The notes under the pieces are model-generated. The model did no database searches and was not told where the DNA came from. It saw only the letters and a program-made list of their open reading frames with translations. Positions 1-9,973 of a stretch of DNA of 64,000 nt are shown here, piece after piece. Both the position numbers and the translations under genes were made by a program. The stretch's first letter is position 1, and each line of letters starts with the position of its first letter. The DNA comes from a virus (lineage: Duplodnaviria > Heunggongvirae > Uroviricota > Caudoviricetes), in the IMG/VR virus record IMGVR_UViG_3300037257_000073. One strand, 5' to 3'.

Positions 1-519
1 AATTCTTGTGGTGTTATGTTATCACAATTACCACTTCTACACATGGTTAATGCTTCAACAAGAAGTTTTTCTAATACTCCCATTTTTTATAAAAATTATT
101 AATGCTAATATAGATGATAAACTAGTAATTAGTAACATCATCCGTATTGTCATTAAATTTGATGTTAATTTAAATAAAGTATTAATCCAAGTAAAACTTG
201 CAACCAATAATAAGTTAATTATTAATACTCTATGCCATAAACAAAATTTAAATATCTTTGAAAGAGAATATAATAAAATTCCCGTAATGATAGAACTTGA
301 AAATGGATAAAATATTTTTACTATATTAATTTCAAATAATGCAAAAATGAGTGAAATTATTATACAAAATGTTGAAAGAATTGGAATACATCTTACTAAA
401 TTAATACAAAACTTAAATTTATTATCCATTAATTAACAGGAGTTATTGGAGGTACTGGATTTGGATCAATATCGGTATCAGTATTTGGATTTTCTATGTT
501 TAGTTTAAAGTTTTTCATT

Positions 520-1206
520 TTATGAATTGTGTTTTTTAATTTTTCTATTTTTCATTATCTCTTTGATTTCATCCCAAGAATATGGACGAAATTCTTCCCA
601 ATCTATACCAATATCCATTCTACGATATTTAGTATTTAATTCTTTATCATCAAATCTATGATGATTGTGACCATGTAAATGATATGATCCTGTAAGATCC
701 ATCTCATACCATTCTTCAAAAGCATAGTGGGATAAGATTATAGTTTTCTTTTCAATTTTTAATTCAAGATATTTATCTACAGAAGTAAATAAATCTTGAG
801 CTCTAACAGGATTAAGTGGATCTATAAAAGTTGCATCTTCAATATAATCATTTTGTATAGTATCACACCCATCTATTTTTACAACTTTAGTAACCCAATG
901 ACAATTAGGAAGAATTTTATTTTTCTTGATATGGTCATCGTGATTTCCGAGAATTAAATGAAAATTTTTACATTTGATTCTCTTACGAAAATTCCAAATG
1001 TTTTCAATTCCTCCAAAACTTACATCACCATCGTGATACAATTCATCATCCTCCATAACATATTTGTTAATTGAGTTAACTACGGCATCCGTCATTTCTT
1101 CAAGTGTTGGAAAATCACGACAACTAATGTCTTTATCGTCCCAAGTAGAGACACCTTTTGTTATATTCTTATGATACGCATGTGTATCGCTTGTAAACCA
1201 AATCAT
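520..1206 (-). CDS. calcineurin-like metallophosphoesterase
   Basis: motifs SDTHAYH, LGNHDDH, HGHNHH in ORF translation. Confidence 0.6.
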   Translation of the reverse strand: MIWFTSDTHAYHKNITKGVSTWDDKDISCRDFPTLEEMTDAVVNSINKYVMEDDELYHDGDVSFGGIENIWNFRKRIKCKNFHLILGNHDDHIKKNKILPNCHWVTKVVKIDGCDTIQNDYIEDATFIDPLNPVRAQDLFTSVDKYLELKIEKKTIILSHYAFEEWYEMDLTGSYHLHGHNHHRFDDKELNTKYRRMDIGIDWEEFRPYSWDEIKEIMKNRKIKKHNS

Positions 1207-1216
1207 CTTATTTCTT

Positions 1217-1564
1217 TTATTTACTAATTAAATAATCGTACAATTTTTCTGCGGTAGATAAATTAATATCATCTTCTTCTCCAGTATCTTTATTCAAACA
1301 CTTAATCATTCCAGGCTGCCACTCTTTTCCGAAATCTAAATCATACATAAAATACTCAATATCTTCTTCATCAAATAATAAAATTTTTAATAAATCTGTT
1401 AATGCGCAGATTATGCCATTATTTTTAGGATATCCTTGACCATCTTCAAATATTTCTTCAAGTAATTTATTTACTTTTCGATCATGTTCAAATTGTTCAT
1501 AAATTATACTCATAATCTCAATAAATTTCTCTTTATTTAATAATATTGGATTTATTACTTTCAT
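1217..1564 (-). CDS. hypothetical protein
   Basis: 115 aa ORF. Confidence 0.4.
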   Translation of the reverse strand: MKVINPILLNKEKFIEIMSIIYEQFEHDRKVNKLLEEIFEDGQGYPKNNGIICALTDLLKILLFDEEDIEYFMYDLDFGKEWQPGMIKCLNKDTGEEDDINLSTAEKLYDYLISK

Positions 1565-1799
1565 TATTTCTCTTTTTATATAAATATTTATTACAACGTT
1601 TACAGTAATATGTATGAAATGCTTTACTATTTAATGGATTAATATAATCCTTTATATAAGTTTCAACATGTGAACAACTATTTTGAAACGCCAATCTTCT
1701 ATGTATTACTTTACTTGTAAACTGTTCATGTAATTCACAAGATTTTTTATACTCAAATTCCATTTCAATGATGTCTTGTAATTCTTTGTCTTCTTCCAT
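1533..1799 (-). CDS. hypothetical Cys-rich protein (zinc-ribbon-like)
   Basis: CxxH and CKRC pairs. Confidence 0.35.
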   Translation of the reverse strand: MEEDKELQDIIEMEFEYKKSCELHEQFTSKVIHRRLAFQNSCSHVETYIKDYINPLNSKAFHTYYCKRCNKYLYKKRNNESNKSNIIK

Positions 1800-2536
1800 T
1801 AGGCTTCGGTTTCTGGTTCTGTTACACTATCGTGTTCTAATTCAATATAAAATGGCGTATAAACAGGTTTGTAAAATTCATTTAAATGACTTACATTTAC
1901 TGCTTTCCATCCTTCATTATAAATATGATCACCACCGTGAATGTGTCCACAAATTAATAATTTATATTCTACATCAGTTATTCGTGCTCTTAACGGTTCA
2001 TTACCTAAGTGTTGAAACATTCGTTGTGAACGATGTATAGGACCTTCTAAAATAACATCAGTATCACCTACTCCAAATGCTGGATCATGTGTTATAATAA
2101 TATCAACTTTATCAGGTATTTCTTTAAATTTATCGGTCATAAATTCTTCTGTTCTCATAAATGGCCAAGTACCAAATATATGACAATAAGGTGTTCCAAA
2201 TATAGACCATAATTGACCCCAATCATCATAATAATGAGTGGTTTCATTTTTTAAGTATGTGAGTTTACCACATGCTTGAGTGAATGCTAATATATTAGCT
2301 CTACTGGCACTTTCAAAATAAGCATCATGGTTACCAGCAACCAAAAATACTCTATCAACAGGTAAAGATTTCACCCATCCTGCAAATTCAGTTTCTAACC
2401 ATACTTTCATAGCAGGTTTATTAAATTGAATTTCTAATGGTGATATATCTCCTGCAATTATTGCTATGTTTGCGGATTCTATGACTTCTGGTAAATTACC
2501 ATGCAAATCACTCATCGCCATTACTTTTAATTTCAT
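1799..2536 (-). CDS. calcineurin-like metallophosphoesterase
   Basis: motifs SDLHGN, AGDIS, GNHDAY, GHIHGG. Confidence 0.6.
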   Translation of the reverse strand: MKLKVMAMSDLHGNLPEVIESANIAIIAGDISPLEIQFNKPAMKVWLETEFAGWVKSLPVDRVFLVAGNHDAYFESASRANILAFTQACGKLTYLKNETTHYYDDWGQLWSIFGTPYCHIFGTWPFMRTEEFMTDKFKEIPDKVDIIITHDPAFGVGDTDVILEGPIHRSQRMFQHLGNEPLRARITDVEYKLLICGHIHGGDHIYNEGWKAVNVSHLNEFYKPVYTPFYIELEHDSVTEPETEA

Positions 2537-2748
2537 TTCTTTAATTTTAAAATTGATTGTCTATCAAGTGCATATTGTTTATCTTCATGAGGAGGATCAT
2601 AACATTCAGCATCATTAACAGCATCTTCAATTGCTTGATTATATGCATCTTTTTGAATTTCTTCAATTGCTTTTACATAATCATTATAAGTGTAATCTTT
2701 AGTCGATTTCACTATTTTCGTCAAAACATACTTCTCCGGATTTATCAT
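2533..2748 (-). CDS. hypothetical protein
   Basis: ORF. Confidence 0.35.
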   Translation of the reverse strand: MINPEKYVLTKIVKSTKDYTYNDYVKAIEEIQKDAYNQAIEDAVNDAECYDPPHEDKQYALDRQSILKLKK

Positions 2749-2998
2749 CTTCTAATTTTTTAATTCGTTCTTGTAAATTATGAAATCCTTGAGTTTTAGT
2801 ACTCATGTCACTCATAAATCTAAATCCCATTTCAGCATCTTTAAGACCTTGTAAATATGCATCATCTTGAATTTGTTTTATAAAGTCTGTAAATGGTAAA
2901 TAATTTCCTTTACCTTTATTAGAATTCATATAATGTTCTTCTAATTCTTCTGGTGTTTTCATATTAAGCCCAATAATGGTTAAACACTGTTCCGTCAA
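2699..2998 (-). CDS. hypothetical protein
   Basis: ORF; a small Cys-rich ORF (about 2960-3124) overlaps its start in another frame. Confidence 0.4.
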   Translation of the reverse strand: MTEQCLTIIGLNMKTPEELEEHYMNSNKGKGNYLPFTDFIKQIQDDAYLQGLKDAEMGFRFMSDMSTKTQGFHNLQERIKKLEDDKSGEVCFDENSEID

Positions 2999-3124
2999 AT
3001 TGCGGATTTCTTCTTCTCTTATTTAGTAATCGTTTTATAACTTTTTTAAGTCTACGTTTACTATGTTTATTTTTTGAATATCGACATTGTTCACAATGAC
3101 ACGATCTTACTCTACAAGGTGGCA

Positions 3125-3400
3125 TTATTCTACTTGATTAATTGTGTCTAAAATTGATTGTTTGTCAATTGATACAAATTCTTCTTGTCCAACTTCAAAT
3201 GTTTTAGATTTACATTCATTATAATGTGAACCACCAAAACCGGTTTCATATCGTTCTATATAAGCATTTTCAGCAGCTAATTCAAGGAGTTGTTTACATA
3301 CTTCTTTCATTGCTTCAATTACAACTTCATTAATAGATAATTTTTCATCACCTAATTTTTCGGATAATATGTTTTGTAAATTTATTTTTCTTTCTGACAT
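3125..3400 (-). CDS. hypothetical protein
   Basis: ORF. Confidence 0.4.
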   Translation of the reverse strand: MSERKINLQNILSEKLGDEKLSINEVVIEAMKEVCKQLLELAAENAYIERYETGFGGSHYNECKSKTFEVGQEEFVSIDKQSILDTINQVE

Positions 3401-3404
3401 AATT

Positions 3405-3755
3405 CTATTTGTTTAATAATTGAATTAATGATTCGATTAACATTTCCTTATTATCAAAATCAATTATTTCTTTATCCTTTAAATAAATTCCTCCAGAATA
3501 ATCTGAAAAATATCTTAATTCTAATTCAAAATAATCATCATTTAATAAAAGTTTTTCAATTAACCAATCAATTACTTGTTGCCAAAGAGGTGCTGAATAC
3601 CATTCTTTTTTAATATCATTAATATTATTAGTATTCCAATTCACTCCTACATTATGAATATCAAGTTCTGGACAATAAATTCCTAAACATTCTTCATCAA
3701 ATCCTAATCTTTTTAATTGCTTAGCAATCTCATATGTTACAAATTGTTTTTCCAT
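3405..3755 (-). CDS. hypothetical protein
   Basis: ORF. Confidence 0.4.
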   Translation of the reverse strand: MEKQFVTYEIAKQLKRLGFDEECLGIYCPELDIHNVGVNWNTNNINDIKKEWYSAPLWQQVIDWLIEKLLLNDDYFELELRYFSDYSGGIYLKDKEIIDFDNKEMLIESLIQLLNK

Positions 3756-3976
3756 TTTCTACATTTAGGTTTAAACATATCAATCATAGCTTTCGGGTCA
3801 CATGGTTTAAGTTTTGAATTCTTACAAAATCCAGCTTCACCATGATAATTTATAAAATTTTCACAAGAACCACAACATTTTTTAAATGCAGCTTCTTCAA
3901 TAAGTCTATCTTCTTCAGTATATTCTGGAATATTTGAAATAGGCCAACCTGTTTCATCAAAATTTAAATTATCCAT
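3737..3976 (-). CDS. hypothetical Cys-rich protein
   Basis: CCGSC...C...C motif. Confidence 0.35.
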   Translation of the reverse strand: MDNLNFDETGWPISNIPEYTEEDRLIEEAAFKKCCGSCENFINYHGEAGFCKNSKLKPCDPKAMIDMFKPKCRKWKNNL

Positions 3977-4355
3977 AATAAACTAAATTAAAACTTCCAA
4001 ATAAAATACTTAAATGTAAAAACTGATCAAATCCAATACTTACAAAGAAGTCATGTACTTGTTTGTTATTCCATAGAATTGAGTTAATTCTACTAGTTAT
4101 TGCATCAATTGCAGTATGCGTTACAAACTGAATTAAAGCAAATAATAATGATGTATACCAATACTGTGCACCGAAGTAACCTACTTCTTGTAGGATTTGC
4201 ATAGGCACATATAATATCAGCGAATAAATAGCTGCATGTGCTAATAAAGCTTTAAAACTTTTATGCTTATTTTTTGCTTGATAATCAGTTTGAAAAACAA
4301 AATCTGCTAACCAATGAAGAATAAGAATAAAGTAAATAACGATTATGTTAATCAT
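3969..4355 (-). CDS. hypothetical membrane protein
   Basis: multiple hydrophobic segments. Confidence 0.45.
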   Translation of the reverse strand: MINIIVIYFILILHWLADFVFQTDYQAKNKHKSFKALLAHAAIYSLILYVPMQILQEVGYFGAQYWYTSLLFALIQFVTHTAIDAITSRINSILWNNKQVHDFFVSIGFDQFLHLSILFGSFNLVYYG

Positions 4356-4356
4356 A

Positions 4357-4749
4357 TTAAGTTATATTATTGAATAATGACAACGCTTCAGAAAGAGCCC
4401 AAACAAAACTAGTTTTATTTCCGTAGAAACCACAATATAAACTAGCTGAATTAAGAAAGAAATATCCATCATCTTCACCTAATGTTACTACTTGAGGACG
4501 TCCGTCTATTTGAATTATTGCAACTCCACCTTGTGATGTTAAACAATAAACTCTAATAGATTCGGCATTTCTATAGACTCTACTAATTGGAAAGTTACTA
4601 TACATTCCATCTTGTCCACCTACTTCATCATTAATTGTATTGATGTCTTCACCAATAATACAATCTAGATTCATATCTCTTGCACTAGCTTGAGTATGTT
4701 TTCTATATTCTATTAATTCTTGTTGCTCTAAATATTCAGCATGTGTCAT
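4357..4749 (-). CDS. hypothetical protein
   Basis: ORF. Confidence 0.4.
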   Translation of the reverse strand: MTHAEYLEQQELIEYRKHTQASARDMNLDCIIGEDINTINDEVGGQDGMYSNFPISRVYRNAESIRVYCLTSQGGVAIIQIDGRPQVVTLGEDDGYFFLNSASLYCGFYGNKTSFVWALSEALSLFNNIT

Positions 4750-4759
4750 TATTTTAAGT

Positions 4760-5059
4760 TTAATAAGTTATGACTTGTTTTTTAAGGTCTGAAATCGGAT
4801 TATAAATTGAATAAACTACAGCATTAAAATCACTCTTTGCTTTAGTATAAGATCTTAAATCGTGAGATAGCTGGGTATACGATTCACCCCCAGTATATTT
4901 TTTATCTTTTCTTATAGTTACTATTGCTCTTAGAGCACTCTCTAATTGTAAGTAGTAACCTACGGGTTTTGATTTGTTGGTTTCTGATCCTGTTGTTGAA
5001 TACAAAACAAAATTTCCACCTTCATGTACTATTTTAAAATCCTTTTCTTCTATAATCAT
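4760..5059 (-). CDS. hypothetical protein
   Basis: ORF. Confidence 0.4.
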   Translation of the reverse strand: MIIEEKDFKIVHEGGNFVLYSTTGSETNKSKPVGYYLQLESALRAIVTIRKDKKYTGGESYTQLSHDLRSYTKAKSDFNAVVYSIYNPISDLKKQVITY

Positions 5060-5101
5060 AGTTAGTTAAAATAGAGAGAGCCTAAGCTCTCTCTGAATTT
5101 T

Positions 5102-5467
5102 TTAGACTGCAAATTTATTTGCAACCTTTTTGATAAGTTCATCTATATTCTGAACATCAATCGTAGCCAAGTGAATTTCATTTTCGATATCCTCTGTACT
5201 AAAACTAGGAGCATCTTTAAGAATAGTTTCAAAATATGCAGAACGAATTTCATTCATAGTATCGTTTGTACGATATGAACGAACCTTCCATTTATCAGAA
5301 ATCGTTTGTAACATAATACAATCTTCATTAAGTTCGAAGAAATTTTTGTATTCATCCGATTCTCTAATTGCAGCATTTGCAGCATAAATTGGATCTTGAT
5401 ACTTTTCTTTTAATTCTTTTTTAATCTTTGATGCTAAAGCACCTACTTGCGCATTTGATAATTTCAT
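5102..5467 (-). CDS. hypothetical protein
   Basis: ORF. Confidence 0.4.
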   Translation of the reverse strand: MKLSNAQVGALASKIKKELKEKYQDPIYAANAAIRESDEYKNFFELNEDCIMLQTISDKWKVRSYRTNDTMNEIRSAYFETILKDAPSFSTEDIENEIHLATIDVQNIDELIKKVANKFAV

Positions 5468-5475
5468 CTTTATTT

Positions 5476-5847
5476 CTATTTATTTGTGAATAATTTACTT
5501 ACTTGTTTACCATCATATAAACCAGCGTGATATTGTTTAAAATGTTTCATACATTCTCCAACTGAATTAAATTTATATTCATTTAGAATATCTTTAATAT
5601 CTAAATCATTTAATTGTTGTGGTAAGAATTGTTCAAGTATAACATTTTCTTCTAAGTTAGTATTACATTCAATGTTACTAGCTATCATCTTCTTAAGAAC
5701 TGAAACAACTTCCTCGTCTGTAGCAATGTAACCTGCTACTTTCTTAGGACCTTTTTCAATTCTTTCAATTTCTCCAAGAACTACTCCTAAAAGTGTTCTT
5801 GTTTCTCGGTTAGTGAGCCTATGCTCTATTATTTGCTCTTTCAGCAT
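5476..5847 (-). CDS. hypothetical protein
   Basis: ORF. Confidence 0.4.
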   Translation of the reverse strand: MLKEQIIEHRLTNRETRTLLGVVLGEIERIEKGPKKVAGYIATDEEVVSVLKKMIASNIECNTNLEENVILEQFLPQQLNDLDIKDILNEYKFNSVGECMKHFKQYHAGLYDGKQVSKLFTNK

Positions 5848-6100
5848 CTTTCATCATTTTTAATTCTGTTATTACATGTCTTAAATCATCAACTGAATAT
5901 CTTTCGATTTCTCTAATGAGTTCAAACTTTTCTTCATCAACACCCCAACTTGATACACAATTATCAGCATGTTTACTAAACAATGAAAAGAACCTACCTT
6001 TTATTGAATCACGTAATGCTCCATCAGATAATCCCATAAATGAATCTTTTTCTATAGGACCAATCATACATTTCCAATACCTTAATTCTGGATTTTCCAT
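5819..6100 (-). CDS. hypothetical protein
   Basis: ORF. Confidence 0.35.
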   Translation of the reverse strand: MENPELRYWKCMIGPIEKDSFMGLSDGALRDSIKGRFFSLFSKHADNCVSSWGVDEEKFELIREIERYSVDDLRHVITELKMMKDAERANNRA

Positions 6101-6167
6101 TAATCTTTATCAATTAAAATTGCAAATAATCCTATTAAAATAATTAATGCAATTAATATTATTTTTA

Positions 6168-6458
6168 TCATGCTTCTGCTTTTTCTAATACTTTATCGAC
6201 CATTGGTTCTTTAATGTATACTTTTTTCAATGATTTCTGTCCTGATTCAAGCATTACTAATGAATCATATAATTCTTTATTAATGAATTCACTATATAAA
6301 GTATTTGCCGAAGCTACTAATGCATCGCATTGTTCAATAAGTTTTCCAACTTGTATTTTAATTTCATCGTGTGTTAATACAACTTTTTTTTCTTCAGTAG
6401 TTTCTACTGGTTTTGCATTAACATCTTGTCCTAATTTATTCCAGGTTATATTATCCAT
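6168..6458 (-). CDS. hypothetical protein
   Basis: ORF. Confidence 0.4.
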   Translation of the reverse strand: MDNITWNKLGQDVNAKPVETTEEKKVVLTHDEIKIQVGKLIEQCDALVASANTLYSEFINKELYDSLVMLESGQKSLKKVYIKEPMVDKVLEKAEA

Positions 6459-6825
6459 CTATTTCTTCAATTAAAAATTGATTAACTTTCTTTTTAGTAT
6501 ATGTTGTATGATTAATAAAATCACATAAATCTTGATAAAATAAATCGCCAGCATCTCCAGAATGTTCATACTTATCATAATATACTTGTGCTACTAATTG
6601 TGTATAAATATGATCTCCATTACAAGAATCTATTAATTCTGGACCCCATTCAGGGTGTCTTGCTAAAGCAAAACCCATAAATTGATATGCAAATTTTTCA
6701 TGATTTATATCTCCACAATAATCTAGGAAATCTTCACCTGCTTCAACCATCCAATCATTTATACGATCAAGAGTAATATCTTGTAATAGATCTTCTTCGT
6801 TAATTATTAATATAGAATCATTCAT
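6451..6825 (-). CDS. hypothetical protein
   Basis: ORF. Confidence 0.4.
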   Translation of the reverse strand: MNDSILIINEEDLLQDITLDRINDWMVEAGEDFLDYCGDINHEKFAYQFMGFALARHPEWGPELIDSCNGDHIYTQLVAQVYYDKYEHSGDAGDLFYQDLCDFINHTTYTKKKVNQFLIEEIDG

Positions 6826-7159
6826 CTGAATCTTCTTTTACTTTTTTAGGTTTCTCTTCATTAGTAATTAATTTAGCAACTTCATCAACTACAGTTTTAT
6901 ACTTTGCAATAAATTCAGCAACAGTATAAACTCCATCTTTGTCAGCCATTTTAATTCCTACAATCTTCTGCATACATACTTCAAAAGGTAATCCGTGAGC
7001 TACTAATTTCATTTCTGTACGTTCAGTGTCCTTGCCCTCATTTACTTTTACAAGTAAACTTAAATCAAAAAATGGTCCAGTCGTATTTGACTGAACCATT
7101 TCGAATTCTTTACCTTTAATTACAATCATCTTACTTATTTGCGTAGTAGATTTCAGCAC
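6818..7159 (-). CDS. hypothetical protein
   Basis: ORF. Confidence 0.4.
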   Translation of the reverse strand: MLKSTTQISKMIVIKGKEFEMVQSNTTGPFFDLSLLVKVNEGKDTERTEMKLVAHGLPFEVCMQKIVGIKMADKDGVYTVAEFIAKYKTVVDEVAKLITNEEKPKKVKEDSDE

Positions 7160-7568
7160 GCTCCGTCATTTGTTCAAACAAGTTTGAAAGAGTGTACGGA
7201 ACTTTTTTGTAGAAACTCACACGGTTTTCAGCATCCAATGATTGAGCAATTTTTGCACGTTGAAGTGCTTTGTCTAAACCAATTGCTTTGTCAAACGTAT
7301 CACCAGGTACAGAAATAACTACAATTTCTCCAGATGTTTCAGCAACTGGAACCAATTGATCCTTTTTGTTACAAAGTGACCATCCGAATACTCCTGCACC
7401 AAGTGCAACAACTACTCCGATTCTTTCACCTTTTACTACTTCGAGGATAGCTTTTGGGCCACCTTCGCATCTATAATCAATTGCTGATTGCAATCGATCA
7501 TCTTCCTTTAAGTAAGATACTAATACCTTACCGTCAAAATCTTTAAGTGTTAAAGTTTTTTTCTGCAT
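7131..7568 (-). CDS. hypothetical protein
   Basis: ORF. Confidence 0.4.
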   Translation of the reverse strand: MQKKTLTLKDFDGKVLVSYLKEDDRLQSAIDYRCEGGPKAILEVVKGERIGVVVALGAGVFGWSLCNKKDQLVPVAETSGEIVVISVPGDTFDKAIGLDKALQRAKIAQSLDAENRVSFYKKVPYTLSNLFEQMTERAEIYYANK

Positions 7569-7576
7569 AATCTATT

Positions 7577-7882
7577 TTATTTGTGTTTATGTTTATATTC
7601 ATGAAACCATATATTGATTTCATGTGAGTCGTCATTCATATTATAAAGTTTTATACGACGATCTAAATCTCGTTCAGCATGTTGTCTAAGTTTATTTATA
7701 GATTCATCACCTGATACATGATTACATCTATTGTTTTCACATACGATTAAAGTTTTCATTTTACGAACAGAATTATTATCAAAAATTATATATTCGATAA
7801 TATAATCTTCAGATATCTTATAAGTACCTTTAATTTCTTTTTCTTCAGCTATTTCCCAATATATCCGTTTTAATTTCCTCAT
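7577..7882 (-). CDS. hypothetical protein
   Basis: ORF. Confidence 0.4.
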   Translation of the reverse strand: MRKLKRIYWEIAEEKEIKGTYKISEDYIIEYIIFDNNSVRKMKTLIVCENNRCNHVSGDESINKLRQHAERDLDRRIKLYNMNDDSHEINIWFHEYKHKHK

Positions 7883-7902
7883 AATATTTTTTAAATTAAA
7901 AA

Positions 7903-7923
7903 AGGAGACCTAATAGATCTCCT
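7903..7923 (-). terminator. rho-independent terminator downstream of the tRNA cluster
   Basis: minus-strand stem AAGGAGA/TCTCCTT followed by a T-run. Confidence 0.45.
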
Positions 7924-7929
7924 TCTAAG

Positions 7930-8003
7930 CAGCTTGTACCGGGCTCAAACCGGCGACCTCCGCCGTGACAGGGCGGCATTCTAATCAACTGAACTAACAA
8001 GCT
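7930..8003 (-). tRNA. tRNA-Asp(GTC)
   Basis: hand-folded cloverleaf; anticodon loop CTGTCAC. Confidence 0.65.
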
Positions 8004-8070
8004 ATAGTGTGGATTCCTTTTAACCCACGAAGCCAACTTAAATAAATTAAGATTTACTAGTATTTTTAAG

Positions 8071-8162
8071 TATCTAAGGTGGGGATCGAACCCACGGTGT
8101 TCACCACAAAGGGTATAAGATTTTAAGTCTTATGCGTTTCAGCCAAACTTCGCCACTTAGAC
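8071..8162 (-). tRNA. tRNA-Leu(TAA), type II
   Basis: anticodon stem ATAAGA/TCTTAT with loop CTTAAAA; long variable arm. Confidence 0.55.
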
Positions 8163-8310
8163 ATTTTACTACAGTTTATATCTGTAACAAGAACATTTAT
8201 CACAAGAAGGCATAGAAGCACATCCTGCATGTGACATACCATCTGCATCAGCAAAACAAGTCTTTTGTTTCTTTGGTTTCTTAAACCATTTAATTAATTT
8301 TTTAATCATA

Positions 8311-8664
8311 TTTTTATTAAAAAGGTAATATTATCATTAATTCTTTTCTAATTTCATAACTTAGTTTTTCAAACCAACATATAAATTCGTAATTATCTGT
8401 ATTATTAGTTAATGCAAATAATTCATGATCATAACAACATGAACCAAAACCTCTAACATATCGACCACAAACTTCAATTTGTTGACTATATATTAACTGA
8501 TGTGGTTGATCTGGATCTTGATAACCATATACACAACAAAGTCCATCGGGTTCACTTTTGTAATAACATGTCCAAAATCACCATTCTGATTGTGGTACAT
8601 CATCAAATTCTTCTTCAAGTCCAGATTCAGGATCTATATCTAAATTTACTGTTACTAATCTCAT
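8311..8664 (-). CDS. Cys-rich hypothetical protein with one in-frame TGA, paralog of 8675-8953
   Basis: 117-codon frame opens only if TGA at 8578-8580 is sense; the TGA aligns with an aromatic position of the paralog; both end in LPF. Confidence 0.45.
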
Positions 8665-8674
8665 TATTCTATTT

Positions 8675-8953
8675 TTAAAAAGGTAAATTATTTCTTATTT
8701 CATCAGGTAAGTTATTCATCCATTCTATAAATTTAGGATGATCTAAATGTTCATCAATAATAAGTAGTCCAACAGTTGCTGAACATTGTCCAGGATAACC
8801 TCTTGTTCCATTTACTTTTATCATATCACTAAAACTAAATTTATCATAGCCAATATTACCACCATAAAGACAACAACTTGCATTAGCACATTCCATAAGA
8901 CAACCTGTAAAGAAATACCATTTATACTCTGAATCTTCACCGTATTCATTCAT
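8675..8953 (-). CDS. Cys-rich hypothetical protein (paralog)
   Basis: ORF. Confidence 0.45.
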   Translation of the reverse strand: MNEYGEDSEYKWYFFTGCLMECANASCCLYGGNIGYDKFSFSDMIKVNGTRGYPGQCSATVGLLIIDEHLDHPKFIEWMNNLPDEIRNNLPF

Positions 8954-8975
8954 TATTTTATAATTTATAATTTAG

Positions 8976-9046
8976 TTGACCAACCAGGACTCGAACCTGG
9001 GCGACATCCGTCAAAGGGATGTGTGCTACCATTACACCATCGGTCA
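8976..9046 (-). tRNA. tRNA-Gln(TTG)
   Basis: cloverleaf; loop CTTTGAC. Confidence 0.65.
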
Positions 9047-9055
9047 ATATAGAAG

Positions 9056-9142
9056 CGTACACGGCAGGATTCGAACCTGCGGTGGAATATTATTCACCAG
9101 GTTAACAGCCTGGACCTGTCGACCAACTAAGGCAACGTGTAC
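9056..9142 (-). tRNA. tRNA-Asn(GTT)-like with an atypical 16-nt variable arm
   Basis: perfect acceptor GTACACG/CGTGTAC; anticodon arm CCAGG-CTGTTAA-CCTGG. Confidence 0.5.
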
Positions 9143-9143
9143 A

Positions 9144-9317
9144 TTATTCTTCTGAATGTATTTCTCTGTGACAATTAGCACAGACCATAATACATTTATC
9201 TAATTCTTCTTTAACTTTTTCTCATGCTCTAGTATATCCTTTTGCTGATATTCCAAAATCTTTTTCATTTGGATCTAAATGTTGTTTCACCATGTGTTTT
9301 ACACACTCTCATTTCAT
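9144..9317 (-). CDS. HNH endonuclease-like small protein with two in-frame TGA
   Basis: C-terminal CANCHREIH motif; frame needs TGA as sense. Confidence 0.35.
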
Positions 9318-9334
9318 CCATTTTTACTAATTTT

Positions 9335-9360
9335 TACTTGTTTACTAACCACTGAGCTAC
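9335..9360 (-). other. tRNA 5' fragment (acceptor plus D-arm only)
   Basis: GGTTCGTAGCTCAGTGGTTAG matches a tRNA 5' half; no anticodon, T-arm or 3' acceptor follows. Confidence 0.4.
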
Positions 9361-9376
9361 GAACCTTTATACCATG

Positions 9377-9742
9377 TTAAAACCAATGTTCTGTATTGGT
9401 TTCATCAATTGTACCAACTATAGAGCGACGGATTTCTCCACCTCTACGAGAATGATACACAAAAACTTTTTTATCTCGAAAGATTTGTGCTAAATGACTA
9501 AAATTATCACAATTGAAAAAATTGTGTTGATTTCCTTGAGTATCATCTAAATAAAATGATTGTCTCCTCCAACCCATTTGTCGCATTGTTTCAGGTACAA
9601 TTTCAATTACTTCTGGAATAATTGGAATAACTTCTGTATAATTACGTGTTGCTTTCACATAATCTTTTACTTTAATAAGACATAATACTTCTGAATACAA
9701 TTCACGACCATCTGAATTTCTTTTAATTGCTTTGTAATACAT
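9377..9742 (-). CDS. hypothetical protein
   Basis: ORF. Confidence 0.4.
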   Translation of the reverse strand: MYYKAIKRNSDGRELYSEVLCLIKVKDYVKATRNYTEVIPIIPEVIEIVPETMRQMGWRRQSFYLDDTQGNQHNFFNCDNFSHLAQIFRDKKVFVYHSRRGGEIRRSIVGTIDETNTEHWF

Positions 9743-9765
9743 AATTTAAAATTTAATTGTTCTTG

Positions 9766-9839
9766 TGTGACACACGGGGATCGAACCCGCAACGACCGGC
9801 ACCACAAACCAGCGCTCTACCAATTGAGCTAATGTCACC
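9766..9839 (-). tRNA. tRNA-His(GTG)
   Basis: loop TTGTGGT; an extra 5' G(-1) is encoded. Confidence 0.6.
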
Positions 9840-9846
9840 ATGTAAG

Positions 9847-9920
9847 AGCAGTAAGTGGGGTTCAAACCCACGACCCCAGGCTTGGAAGGCGAGTGCTCTG
9901 ATCAACTGAGCTATTACTGC
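9847..9920 (-). tRNA. tRNA-Gly(TCC)-like
   Basis: perfect acceptor GCAGTAA/TTACTGC, loop CTTCCAA, but the anticodon stem has two mismatches. Confidence 0.45.
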
Positions 9921-9973
9921 ATGGTACGGGTAGGATCACTGTGCACGTGCCTACCGAGACTAGATCAGTCTTC

